This document shows positions 48,311 to 56,676 of a stretch of 64,000 bases of DNA, piece by piece. A model generated the notes under the pieces. That model worked only from the letters and a program-made list of their open reading frames with translations. It was not told the DNA's origin and searched no databases. The stretch lies in NCBI GenBank assembly GCA_963793305.1, contig CAWBZV010000003.1:1248001-1312000 (forward strand), read 5' to 3'. This stretch comes from an uncultured Gemmatimonadales bacterium. Its GTDB lineage: Bacteria > Gemmatimonadota > Gemmatimonadetes > Gemmatimonadales > Gemmatimonadaceae. A program made the translations under genes and the position numbers. Positions within the stretch are counted from its first letter, which is position 1, and each line of letters opens with the position of its first letter.

Positions 48311-50422
48311 ATGCTAGTTCGTCTGTTCGCGCTCGCTGCGGCGTGCGCGTTGTTGCCATCCATCGCTGAGTCGCAACAGGATACGACGCATCGCAAGCCC
48401 GACTCGACGGCGACGCCGAGCCCGGCGCGACTCCGCGCGATCACGATCACCACCACGCCCGTCGAGCGCTCCGAGCCGCTTACGGTCATCACCGTCAACC
48501 AACAACAGCTCTCGATGTCCCCGGCAAACTCGCCGTGGGAGCTTCTGCGCGAGACCGCCGGTCTCGAAGCGCATGAGCAGGGCCAGGGCCCAGGATTCGC
48601 CTCCGACATGTCGGTGCGAGGGTTCAGCTCGGACCACTCCACCGATATCGCGCTCTATATCGACGGTGTCCCGATCAACGAACCGGTGAACGGGCACGCC
48701 GAGGGCTACAACGACCTGAATTTGCTCTTTCCCGATATCGTCACCGGTATCGACGTCGTCCACGGCCCGACGAGCGCGCTCTACGGCAATTTCGCGTTCT
48801 CCGGAGCCGTGAACGTCCGCACACTGGACCGCTACGATGGCTATCAGCTCGAGGCCACCGGTGGCTCGTTCGGGAATGGCGGCGGGTCGGCGATCATCGG
48901 CTTCAACGATCCGCACGCGGGCGGCGTCTTCGCCATCCAAGGCCTTCGCGAGGATGGCTGGCGCGCGCACTCCGAGAACCAGTACGGCCACGTGCACTCT
49001 CAGGTCTTCGTCGACCTGAGCACGCGCACGCACCTGCATGCGGGCGTGGACGCGTATCTCACGTCCTACGACTCACCGGGATTCCTGGACTCCACGCGGT
49101 ACAACTCCCGCACATACAACTTCGTCTCCAATTTCGGCGACGGCGGCTACAAGCGGCACGCGATGGAGCACATGAGCCTCCAGACGTTCCTGCGTCCCGA
49201 CTTGCAATGGCGCTCCACGGTCTACGCGACCCAAGGCACTTGGAATTTCTGGCTGAGCACTCCGCCGGGCCTCGGCGGGTTGACCGAAGGGACGGGGGCC
49301 GAGACTCACGAGTACAACGGCCGATATGGGTTCGGCGCGAATTCGGCGCTGACCTTCGCCCGGCACGGCGTGGATATCACGCTGGGCGCCGAGATCCGAT
49401 ACGACTGGTCGCACTACGGCAACTGGGCGGAAAGCTCGACGGGATTCCGGCAAGACTCGGCGCCGCTGATCCTGGCCGAGCCGGCACGGCAGACGTCAGG
49501 AGGGTTGTATCTCCAGAGCGGCTTCGACGTGTCGAAATACGCACGCATCGATCTCGGCGGGCGAGTCGACCAGCTCTCGAGCTCCGTCCGCCAACCCCAA
49601 TCGGATTCGACCGGCGCGCTGATCGTGAATCAGCTCTACGATTCGCAGCACAGCAAAGGGGTCTTCTCTCCGAAAGTTGGCCTGCTGATCAAGCCGTTCG
49701 TCGACGTGGGCGAGCCCGGTCTCGGTCTATTTGTGAACGTCTCGCGCGGATTCCGGCAGACCGATGGCATCATCACCGACCCGACGTTGCCGTTCATCTT
49801 CGTCTGGGACTACGAGGCCGGCATCAAGTTCGAGCACGGGCCGTTCGGCATCGATGCATCGCTCTTTCGGATGGACGTGAATAACGAGCAGTCGTTCGAT
49901 CCGGTCTTGCAGCGCTCGATCGGTGGCGGCGAGAGCCGCCGCAACGGCCTGGACGTCCAGGCGCACGCTCGGATCATCCGCGGCATCACCGCGACGACCG
50001 ATTTCACCATTTTGCACGCGTTCTACACGCATTTCGTCGATCCCGGCCTGATCGCCGCGGGGGATACGACGAAAGGCGGCCGGGACTCGGCGACCTTCAC
50101 CGGCTATCCGATTTACAACACGTCCAAGTACGTCGGCTCGGCCGCGATCGACGCGAATATTCCCGGCCAGATCTGGACCGCGCGGATCGGCACGACGTTC
50201 AATGGTCCGTATACGCCGTTCGAGGAGAGGGGCATACTGCGGCCAGGGTATGCACTACTCAATGTCGAGGGTGGCGTGCGTGTCTATCACGGGACCACAC
50301 TCCTCCTCGGCGTCCGCAATCTCGTGAATACGCCGTACCGTGAGCTCGAGTCCGGTGGACAGGTCACACCGGGGCAGTCGCAGACGTTCTACGCGACGGT
50401 CAGGTACGATGGGGCTTGGTGA
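48311..50422 (+). CDS. TonB-dependent receptor
   Basis: RGFSSDHSTD, HAEGY.DLN, GPTSALYGNF, RNLVN; ends in W. Confidence 0.92.
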   Translation: MLVRLFALAAACALLPSIAESQQDTTHRKPDSTATPSPARLRAITITTTPVERSEPLTVITVNQQQLSMSPANSPWELLRETAGLEAHEQGQGPGFASDMSVRGFSSDHSTDIALYIDGVPINEPVNGHAEGYNDLNLLFPDIVTGIDVVHGPTSALYGNFAFSGAVNVRTLDRYDGYQLEATGGSFGNGGGSAIIGFNDPHAGGVFAIQGLREDGWRAHSENQYGHVHSQVFVDLSTRTHLHAGVDAYLTSYDSPGFLDSTRYNSRTYNFVSNFGDGGYKRHAMEHMSLQTFLRPDLQWRSTVYATQGTWNFWLSTPPGLGGLTEGTGAETHEYNGRYGFGANSALTFARHGVDITLGAEIRYDWSHYGNWAESSTGFRQDSAPLILAEPARQTSGGLYLQSGFDVSKYARIDLGGRVDQLSSSVRQPQSDSTGALIVNQLYDSQHSKGVFSPKVGLLIKPFVDVGEPGLGLFVNVSRGFRQTDGIITDPTLPFIFVWDYEAGIKFEHGPFGIDASLFRMDVNNEQSFDPVLQRSIGGGESRRNGLDVQAHARIIRGITATTDFTILHAFYTHFVDPGLIAAGDTTKGGRDSATFTGYPIYNTSKYVGSAAIDANIPGQIWTARIGTTFNGPYTPFEERGILRPGYALLNVEGGVRVYHGTTLLLGVRNLVNTPYRELESGGQVTPGQSQTFYATVRYDGAW

Positions 50423-50723
50423 TCAGCTTACCGTTCTTGATCTCACGGGACCAGACGATCGCGCCGGTGGCGTTGACCTGCGCGATCGTCAGGTGGTGCG
50501 GGCCGCGGGCGTTCTTGAGCCAGGCGGAGAGCCCCGGGTTGGAAATCACGCCGCGCGTCAGCGTGATCCGCGTTGGCCCGGTTCCCGTCGGAAGCTTTCT
50601 CACGAAAAGCCCGCCGTCGTCGCCTTCCCGGTACTCGACGACGCTCGTGTCGCTCGTCAGGCCGCTGGCTTCGCTGAAGCTACCGACAGTTTGTCCGTTG
50701 ACCTTCAAGACGTAAGCGTTCAT
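50400..50723 (-). CDS. Phage tail-tube-like protein (T4 gp19/Afp1 type), short orphan
   Basis: F.E.SGL...VVEYREG...RKLP...ITL.RG...L..W signature. Confidence 0.75.
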   Translation of the reverse strand: MNAYVLKVNGQTVGSFSEASGLTSDTSVVEYREGDDGGLFVRKLPTGTGPTRITLTRGVISNPGLSAWLKNARGPHHLTIAQVNATGAIVWSREIKNGKLITKPHRT

Positions 50724-50745
50724 ACCGAACGGTAATGCCGGCGGC

Positions 50746-51696
50746 TCACCAGGGAACGCCGCCCATCTGGGCAGCGCCCATCATGGTGGACATCTGCCGC
50801 CAGTCGGCGATGGACGTGACCGAGGACGTGACATCGCGATAGCGGGCCGCGGCCGCGAGCACTTCGGCGCGCTTCCGCGAGGCTGGCACGTCGGGCGACG
50901 CGAGAATGTCGGCGACGACATCGTGAAACGCGTGCAGGTTATCGAAGATGATCGCCGCCTCCGGATACCGCCCGGCGAACTCCGGCGCGATCGCGGCCGT
51001 CATCGGCATGACGCTCGGCATGTGCGCCGGCGGATCCTCGAGCATCGCCCGAAATCGCCGCACGACCGTGTCGACATTCGCCTGGCGCTGGGCCGGCGTC
51101 GCGCCCCGCATCAAAGCGTCGTACAGCACGATCTGCATCCAATGGTACGACCACAAGAGGCCGGTGAACTTGGGATACGTCTTCCGAAATGCCTTCGAGT
51201 AGAACTGACCGTCCATGAGCGACATGCTCTTCGGCGTCGCGCTGAACGCCAGATCGCCGCGTGAGCGATAGTACCGGATCACGGTCGCCACCGCGCTGTC
51301 TTTCGCGGCCGGCGGAATGTCGTCGTCGGCCCAGATGTCGTAGATCTGCCGGTGCAGGATGTGCGCCCACTCGAACATCTCGTGCGCCTCGGGCAAGAGC
51401 TGCGCATAACGCGGCCCGATAGCCTCCTCGTCCAGCGGTACGGCCGGCGGGTGCACCAACAGATGGTCGACGATGAAGGTGAATCGATCCTGCTCGATCC
51501 GACTCGCGGGCCCATTGGGATGCGCGATCAGCTCCTCGTAGACGATCGCGTGGCCATAATCGAACGCGTTGAAGAGTCGATCTGCCGTCGGATACTTGTG
51601 CCGAAACGCCCAGTTGTGCGGCGCCGGCATGTAGGTCTGCTCGTAATACGCACACCCACCGAACAGGACCGCCGCAAGGATCGCCTTAGTGCGCAC
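50746..51696 (-). CDS. His/Met-rich helical lipoprotein of unknown function
   Basis: FGGC lipobox; FDYGH, WAHILHRQIYD, YHWMQ, FDNLHAFHD. Confidence 0.75.
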   Translation of the reverse strand: MRTKAILAAVLFGGCAYYEQTYMPAPHNWAFRHKYPTADRLFNAFDYGHAIVYEELIAHPNGPASRIEQDRFTFIVDHLLVHPPAVPLDEEAIGPRYAQLLPEAHEMFEWAHILHRQIYDIWADDDIPPAAKDSAVATVIRYYRSRGDLAFSATPKSMSLMDGQFYSKAFRKTYPKFTGLLWSYHWMQIVLYDALMRGATPAQRQANVDTVVRRFRAMLEDPPAHMPSVMPMTAAIAPEFAGRYPEAAIIFDNLHAFHDVVADILASPDVPASRKRAEVLAAAARYRDVTSSVTSIADWRQMSTMMGAAQMGGVPW

Positions 51697-52664
51697 CGGG
51701 CCGCGCCTCCGGCACGAGCGCCGGGATCGAGAACGTGTAGGTCGTTCCGATCGTAAAGAGCCACGCAGGCCGCAGCCCCTTGAACAGTCGCCCAACGCCC
51801 GCGTCGAGCACGAAGCACGGCGAAATCTGCTTCCTGAACCCAATGTCCGAAGTAAAGTCGGCCGGCCGCGGCAACCCGTTGTTGTATTGCTCGACCACGA
51901 AGTCGCCGACGACCAGCAACGACATCAACGGAAAGCTCTTGTCGACCGCCGCGCCCATCAGCAACACGTTGCCATTCGTCTGACCGTTCGATGCCGCGGC
52001 AGTCGTGGCGGCACTCGACGCGGCGATCCGCGCGACATTGGCGTCGACGTCGGCCTCCGATATTGCAGTGGGCCGCGTGTCGACGATGCCACACGGATAG
52101 TCGGGTGTTGGCGGCGGTGGCGGTGGACACTTCTTTGTGCAGGTAACCGGCGGGGGCGGCGGGGGCGCTACGTGATACGAGCTATACCCCACGTTGACAT
52201 GCAACCGCAGCCCGTCGAACAACGATTTCGTCGCGATGGCCCGGCCCTCGTACAACGTGCCACTCGTCGGCGCCCCGCCGGCGGGAAACGCCACCTCGGC
52301 CTTGAGCGCGAACGCCGGCAGCAGCGGGCTCTCGTTATTGAAGTTGTATTGCGCCGCAATGCCGAACTGCGTGACCCCATGCGAGGGGGTCTCGCCGCGC
52401 TCCCGGAAGATGAACGGCGCGATGAGCTCGAATGTCCGTGCGCGGGAGGATGCCATAACTCACGGCCGGCTCGAGCGTGGCTCGCGTGAGCCCGTTCCCG
52501 AACTGCTCGACCGTCACGGGCGCCAGTTGCAGCTCGATCGCCTGGCGCGCCGTCACGTACGCGTCTTCGATGGTGACTGGCCGCCCGGATTCGAGCTCAT
52601 GATACTCGGTCTGAGCCAGGAGAGGCCCAGCGACTAAACAGCCGATGAGAACGACAGCGCGCAT
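51686..52664 (-). CDS. Outer-membrane transporter-like beta-barrel, +1 frameshift near 52431
   Basis: ORF 52335..52664 (signal peptide, RPVTIEDA) continues in ORF 51686..52456 (LHVNVGY, LDAGVG). Confidence 0.7.
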
Positions 52665-52715
52665 CGCCTTAAGCCTTGCCTTGCCGACCCTCGTTGCGCC
52701 ACCCCAGCTGGGCGG

Positions 52716-53858
52716 ATGACATTATGGCGCGTGAGATCAACTCCTCTCCTCGCGTTCGTGACTTTCGTCGCTGCCCCACTGGCAGCACAAGATTTTCGCG
52801 CGGCGTTCGACAAATATGTGCACGACGACAGCGTCGTCGGCGGCGCCTACGTGGTGGTCGACCACGGCCGGATCACCGAATGGCACGGCGTCGGCATGGC
52901 CGATCGCGAACGCCACGAGGCCATCGACAGCAACACCATATTCCACTGGGCGTCGATCACGAAAACGTTGACGGCGGTCGCGATGATGCAGTTGCGCGAC
53001 CGTCATCGGCTGTCGCTCGACGATCACATCGTCGACTACTGCCCCGAGCTGCTGGCGGTCCATGCCGACTCTGGCAGTGTCCGTGATGTGACGTTGAAGC
53101 AGTTGTTGTCCCACAGCGCCGGGTTTCAGAACCCGACATGGCCGTACAAGCAGGGCTTGCCCTGGGAGCCGTTCGAGCCAGCGCGCTGGGAGCAGTTGGT
53201 GGCGATGATGCCCTATCAGCAGCTCGCGTTCCGTCCGGGCGCCCGCTACTCGTACTCGAATCCCGGTTTCATCTACTTGGGCCGCGTCATCGAATCACTC
53301 TCGGGTGACCCATACGCGCTCTATATCGTGAAGAACATTTTCATGCCCCTCGGCATGACGCACAGCTACATGAACGTCACGCCGTATTACTTGGAAGCGC
53401 ATCGCTCGAACAACTATACGGTCACCAACGGAGTCGTCACGGCCAACGGTCGCGACTTCGACACGGGCATCACCACCGCCAACAGCGGCCTCAACGCCCC
53501 ACTCGGCGACATGGCCCGCTACGTTGGATTCCTGACGTCAGTGGCGCCCACAGTGCTCGCACGAGCGACGCTCGACGAGATGTGGCGCCCGGTCGTTCGG
53601 ATCGAGCCGGGCTCGTGGCCAGAAACCCCGGCCGCGGGTTCGTCCATGGGCCTGTCGTTTTTCATCTTCCCGCGCGGGAACGTGACGTTCGTGGGCCACA
53701 CGGGCGAGCAGGCGGGCTACCGCAGCTTTCTCTTTATCAACCCGGCCAACGGAAAGGCGATAGTCGGCTCGTTGAACACCACGCACGCCGAGAACTCAGG
53801 CGCAACGGCTGCCGGCTATGATTCACTCCGAGAGCAAGCGTTCCAGCTAATACGCTGA
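52716..53858 (+). CDS. Serine hydrolase, beta-lactamase class C-like
   Basis: ASITK (SxxK), YSYSN, GHTG. Confidence 0.92.
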   Translation: MTLWRVRSTPLLAFVTFVAAPLAAQDFRAAFDKYVHDDSVVGGAYVVVDHGRITEWHGVGMADRERHEAIDSNTIFHWASITKTLTAVAMMQLRDRHRLSLDDHIVDYCPELLAVHADSGSVRDVTLKQLLSHSAGFQNPTWPYKQGLPWEPFEPARWEQLVAMMPYQQLAFRPGARYSYSNPGFIYLGRVIESLSGDPYALYIVKNIFMPLGMTHSYMNVTPYYLEAHRSNNYTVTNGVVTANGRDFDTGITTANSGLNAPLGDMARYVGFLTSVAPTVLARATLDEMWRPVVRIEPGSWPETPAAGSSMGLSFFIFPRGNVTFVGHTGEQAGYRSFLFINPANGKAIVGSLNTTHAENSGATAAGYDSLREQAFQLIR

Positions 53859-53883
53859 GCGAGACGGAGTCGAGCGACATCTT

Positions 53884-53944
53884 AACCGACCAGTCGAGCA
53901 GCGTCTGGGCGAAGCCCGCTGCATCGACGAGCCGCGGAGCGGCG
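53884..53944 (+). repeat. Palindromic REP-like element, copy B
   Basis: AACCGACCAGTCGAGCA ... TGCATCGACGAGCCGCGGAGCGGCG matches the minus strand at 35533-35588. Confidence 0.8.
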
Positions 53945-53952
53945 ACGTTCGA

Positions 53953-54240
53953 TTATCTCAAGTAGCTGCGAATGATATCCACGAGCTGCTCGGCAGCCTG
54001 ATGCTCGTGGGAGTCGGGCTCCGAGTCCGGCGGCAGGACGTGATACCGCACGTGATCCTCGAGAATCTCGGCCATAAGCGCGTTGATCGCGCCCCGGCAC
54101 GCGGCGAGCGTGTGCAGAGCCCGCTCGCAGTCGATGTCCTCGGCCAAGAGCTCCTCGACGGCCCCGACCTGACCCCGTATGCGCTTGATGCGATTGATGA
54201 GCTTCTGCTTCTCGCGCACGGTGTGCGACATGTGGGCCAT
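53953..54240 (-). CDS. RcnR/DmeR-type metal-sensing repressor (CsoR/RcnR family)
   Basis: RIKRIRGQ; H3-C35-H60-H64 fingerprint counted from the ATG at 54231. Confidence 0.9.
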   Translation of the reverse strand: MAHMSHTVREKQKLINRIKRIRGQVGAVEELLAEDIDCERALHTLAACRGAINALMAEILEDHVRYHVLPPDSEPDSHEHQAAEQLVDIIRSYLR

Positions 54241-54248
54241 GTCGAATG

Positions 54249-54269
54249 GTATACCATGGAAGGGTATAC
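54249..54269. promoter_or_regulatory. CsoR/RcnR-family operator overlapping the repressor's -10 box
   Basis: GTATACC-N7-GGTATAC perfect 7-bp inverted repeat; TACCAT -10 on the minus strand. Confidence 0.8.
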
Positions 54270-54320
54270 GGCTAGGCATTTGGGGACGACCCTGGCACCC
54301 CTAATGCGTTAGGAGACGGC

Positions 54321-54575
54321 ATGTATATCATCTGGTGGGTCATCGTCGGCCTGATCGCGGGCTGGGCAACAGGCAAGATCATGCGTGGAGCGGGCTACGG
54401 CCCGCTCATGGACATCGTCCTCGGCATCGTCGGGGCCGTCATCGGTGGATGGATCGTGACCGCGCTCGGCTTTGGGGGCGGCGGGATGATCTACACGATC
54501 ATCGTCGCCATCCTGGGTGCGTGCATCCTGGTCGCGATCGCTCGGATGCTGTCCGGGCGAAGGTCGGTTGTGTAA
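54321..54575 (+). CDS. GlsB/YeaQ/YmgE stress-response membrane protein
   Basis: VGLIAGW, DIVLGIVGAVIGG, AILGA; AGGAG RBS. Confidence 0.92.
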   Translation: MYIIWWVIVGLIAGWATGKIMRGAGYGPLMDIVLGIVGAVIGGWIVTALGFGGGGMIYTIIVAILGACILVAIARMLSGRRSVV

Positions 54576-54821
54576 GGCCATCGAAAGTGTTGCGTCCGAG
54601 CCGCGGTGGGAGCATCGACCCTCGGTAGCCCCCAGCTACCCCTGGGCGTTGCCCCGCCGCGTTTGCATCTCGCTGGCGAGTTACGGCCGGCTAGGCGCGG
54701 CGGAGCCCTTACCACAAGGCATCTTGCCCTGCACGGATGCGTCGTCATGACTGACGATAAGGACATACTCATGTGATCGGGCTCGCGGCTTAAAGGTTGC
54801 TCATGAGGCATCATTAATCCC

Positions 54822-55418
54822 ATGATCAACGCCGCCCGAAAACTCGCCCTGATTGCTTGCACCTTCGGTCTTACCGGGTGCGGATATCTCGACAACATGC
54901 TCGCGCCGGCAAAGCCCGACACGGCGCAGTGGGATAAATTCGCTCCGCCAGGCTGGTATCGTACGCTGTTCGTTCAGGCCGAAGAGTGCTCCGGCCTCCA
55001 CCGCGACTACTCGGCGCTGCGCTTCTACTATCACGTCCAGAAGAGCCCCACGGACTACGTGCTCGATAGCCAGGGCCAGCCGGTGCTCGCCATGACGAAC
55101 TACTGGACCCGTCAGATCTGGATTGGCTCCGAGTCGCTCGCCGACCCGATGGTCGTCGAGCACGAGATGATGCACTATCTCCTCGACGGTGTCGGCGGTC
55201 ACCCGCCCGAGTACTTCGAGGCGAAGTGCCACCTCCGTCCCTGGGCCTACACCGACGCTGACTACGTGCGCGATCACAACATGATGTCGGCGTTCTTCCA
55301 GCAGAACGGCTCGCTCGAGCTGCCGTCCGCCGCGAACATCGGCGCGACGACCGCGAACAACACCGTGTCTGACGGGAACGACGTGGGCGTGCCGACGGGC
55401 GCTTCGGCCTCGGAGTAA
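54822..55418 (+). CDS. Lipoprotein with HExxH zincin motif
   Basis: LTGC lipobox, VVEHEMMHYLL..GH. Confidence 0.7.
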   Translation: MINAARKLALIACTFGLTGCGYLDNMLAPAKPDTAQWDKFAPPGWYRTLFVQAEECSGLHRDYSALRFYYHVQKSPTDYVLDSQGQPVLAMTNYWTRQIWIGSESLADPMVVEHEMMHYLLDGVGGHPPEYFEAKCHLRPWAYTDADYVRDHNMMSAFFQQNGSLELPSAANIGATTANNTVSDGNDVGVPTGASASE

Positions 55419-55431
55419 CCAGCGCGGCGAG

Positions 55432-56676
55432 CTATTCGTAGCGCAGCGCGGTGACCGGGTCGAGCCGGGACGCGCGAAGGGCGGGCAGAAGGCCGAAGAA
55501 GATGCCGGTGATGGCGCTGGCGCCGAGCGAGGCGACGATCGCGAAAGCGGGGATCGTCGCCTCGACTGGTGAAATGGAGCGAATGAGCCAGCTGGCGAGC
55601 CCGCCGCCCACGAGGCCGATAATGGCGCCGATCATGGTCAGCGTCGCCGCCTCGACCAGGAACTGCCAGAGAATCGCGCCGCGGGTCGCCCCGAGCGCCT
55701 TCCGTACCCCGATCTCGCGCGTGCGCTCGGTGACGCTGATCATCATGATCGCGACCACCCCGACGCCGCCAACGAGGAGCCCGATCCCGGACAGCACGAG
55801 CATGACGAGGAAGAAGACGAGAACGGTCTGGTTGTAGACCTCCATGACCTTCTCGTTGCCATAGATGAAGAACGAGTTGCCCGCGTCCGGCCGTAAGCCC
55901 CGATGCACGCGCAGCGTGGCGGTCACGTCGTCCATGGCGATGTCCTGCGCCACGTCCTCTTTCGGCTTGACCGTCAAATCCAGCCAGTGGATGTCGACCT
56001 TGAGCGACCGCCGCGCGGTCTCGAACGGCACCACGACCTTGGGCTTGTTCGCCGGGTCGAAGAGATTGCCGCGCTGGTGATAGACGCCAATGACATGGTA
56101 CGGCTCATTGTCCAGCGAGATGAACTTCCCGATGGCCGGCCCGCTCGGAAAGAAGTCCTCCGCGACCACGCTATTGATGAGCGCGACGTGCGCCCCACCG
56201 TCGTTCTCCCGCTGCGTGAACGTCCGCCCCGAGTCGATAACCGAGGGGTCGACCTCCGTCCACCCGGGCGTATACGCGTCGACGTTGACGGATGACAACG
56301 ATCGGTCGTTGACCCGCGCCAGCGCCGTGGTATTCACATGCACGATGACCGCGTGCACACTCGACAGCGCCCCGATCTGGGCCGCCTCGGCCACCGAGAT
56401 CGGCTTGTTGTGCCGCCAGGGACAACTATCGGCCGAGCCGTTGCAGCTATTGACCGACATCGGCCAGCGCGTGACGTAGAACGTCGTCGGCCCCGCCGCG
56501 GCCAGCTCGGCCTCGACGCCGTTATTAATCCCGTGCACGGCGGCCGACATCGCGGTAACGACGAACACGCCGACAGCGATGCCGAGAATCGTGAGACCCG
56601 CGCGCACGCGGTTCGATTTAATCGCGTCGACCGCGATCATCACGCCCTCTACCAGGGCAAGGATAAACCGGCTCAT
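55432..56676 (-). CDS. MacB/FtsX-family ABC permease
   Basis: LVGGVGVVAIMMISVTERTREIGVRKALGA, DPVTALRYE. Confidence 0.93.
   Translation of the reverse strand: MSRFILALVEGVMIAVDAIKSNRVRAGLTILGIAVGVFVVTAMSAAVHGINNGVEAELAAAGPTTFYVTRWPMSVNSCNGSADSCPWRHNKPISVAEAAQIGALSSVHAVIVHVNTTALARVNDRSLSSVNVDAYTPGWTEVDPSVIDSGRTFTQRENDGGAHVALINSVVAEDFFPSGPAIGKFISLDNEPYHVIGVYHQRGNLFDPANKPKVVVPFETARRSLKVDIHWLDLTVKPKEDVAQDIAMDDVTATLRVHRGLRPDAGNSFFIYGNEKVMEVYNQTVLVFFLVMLVLSGIGLLVGGVGVVAIMMISVTERTREIGVRKALGATRGAILWQFLVEAATLTMIGAIIGLVGGGLASWLIRSISPVEATIPAFAIVASLGASAITGIFFGLLPALRASRLDPVTALRYE

Noticed and set aside
50400..50723. Prophage or intact contractile injection system
   Set aside because: No other phage, sheath, baseplate or integrase gene in the window
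54791..54817. Sigma28 promoter for the HExxH lipoprotein (TAAAGGTT-N11-ATCATTAA)
   Set aside because: The -10 part matches only 4 of 8 positions
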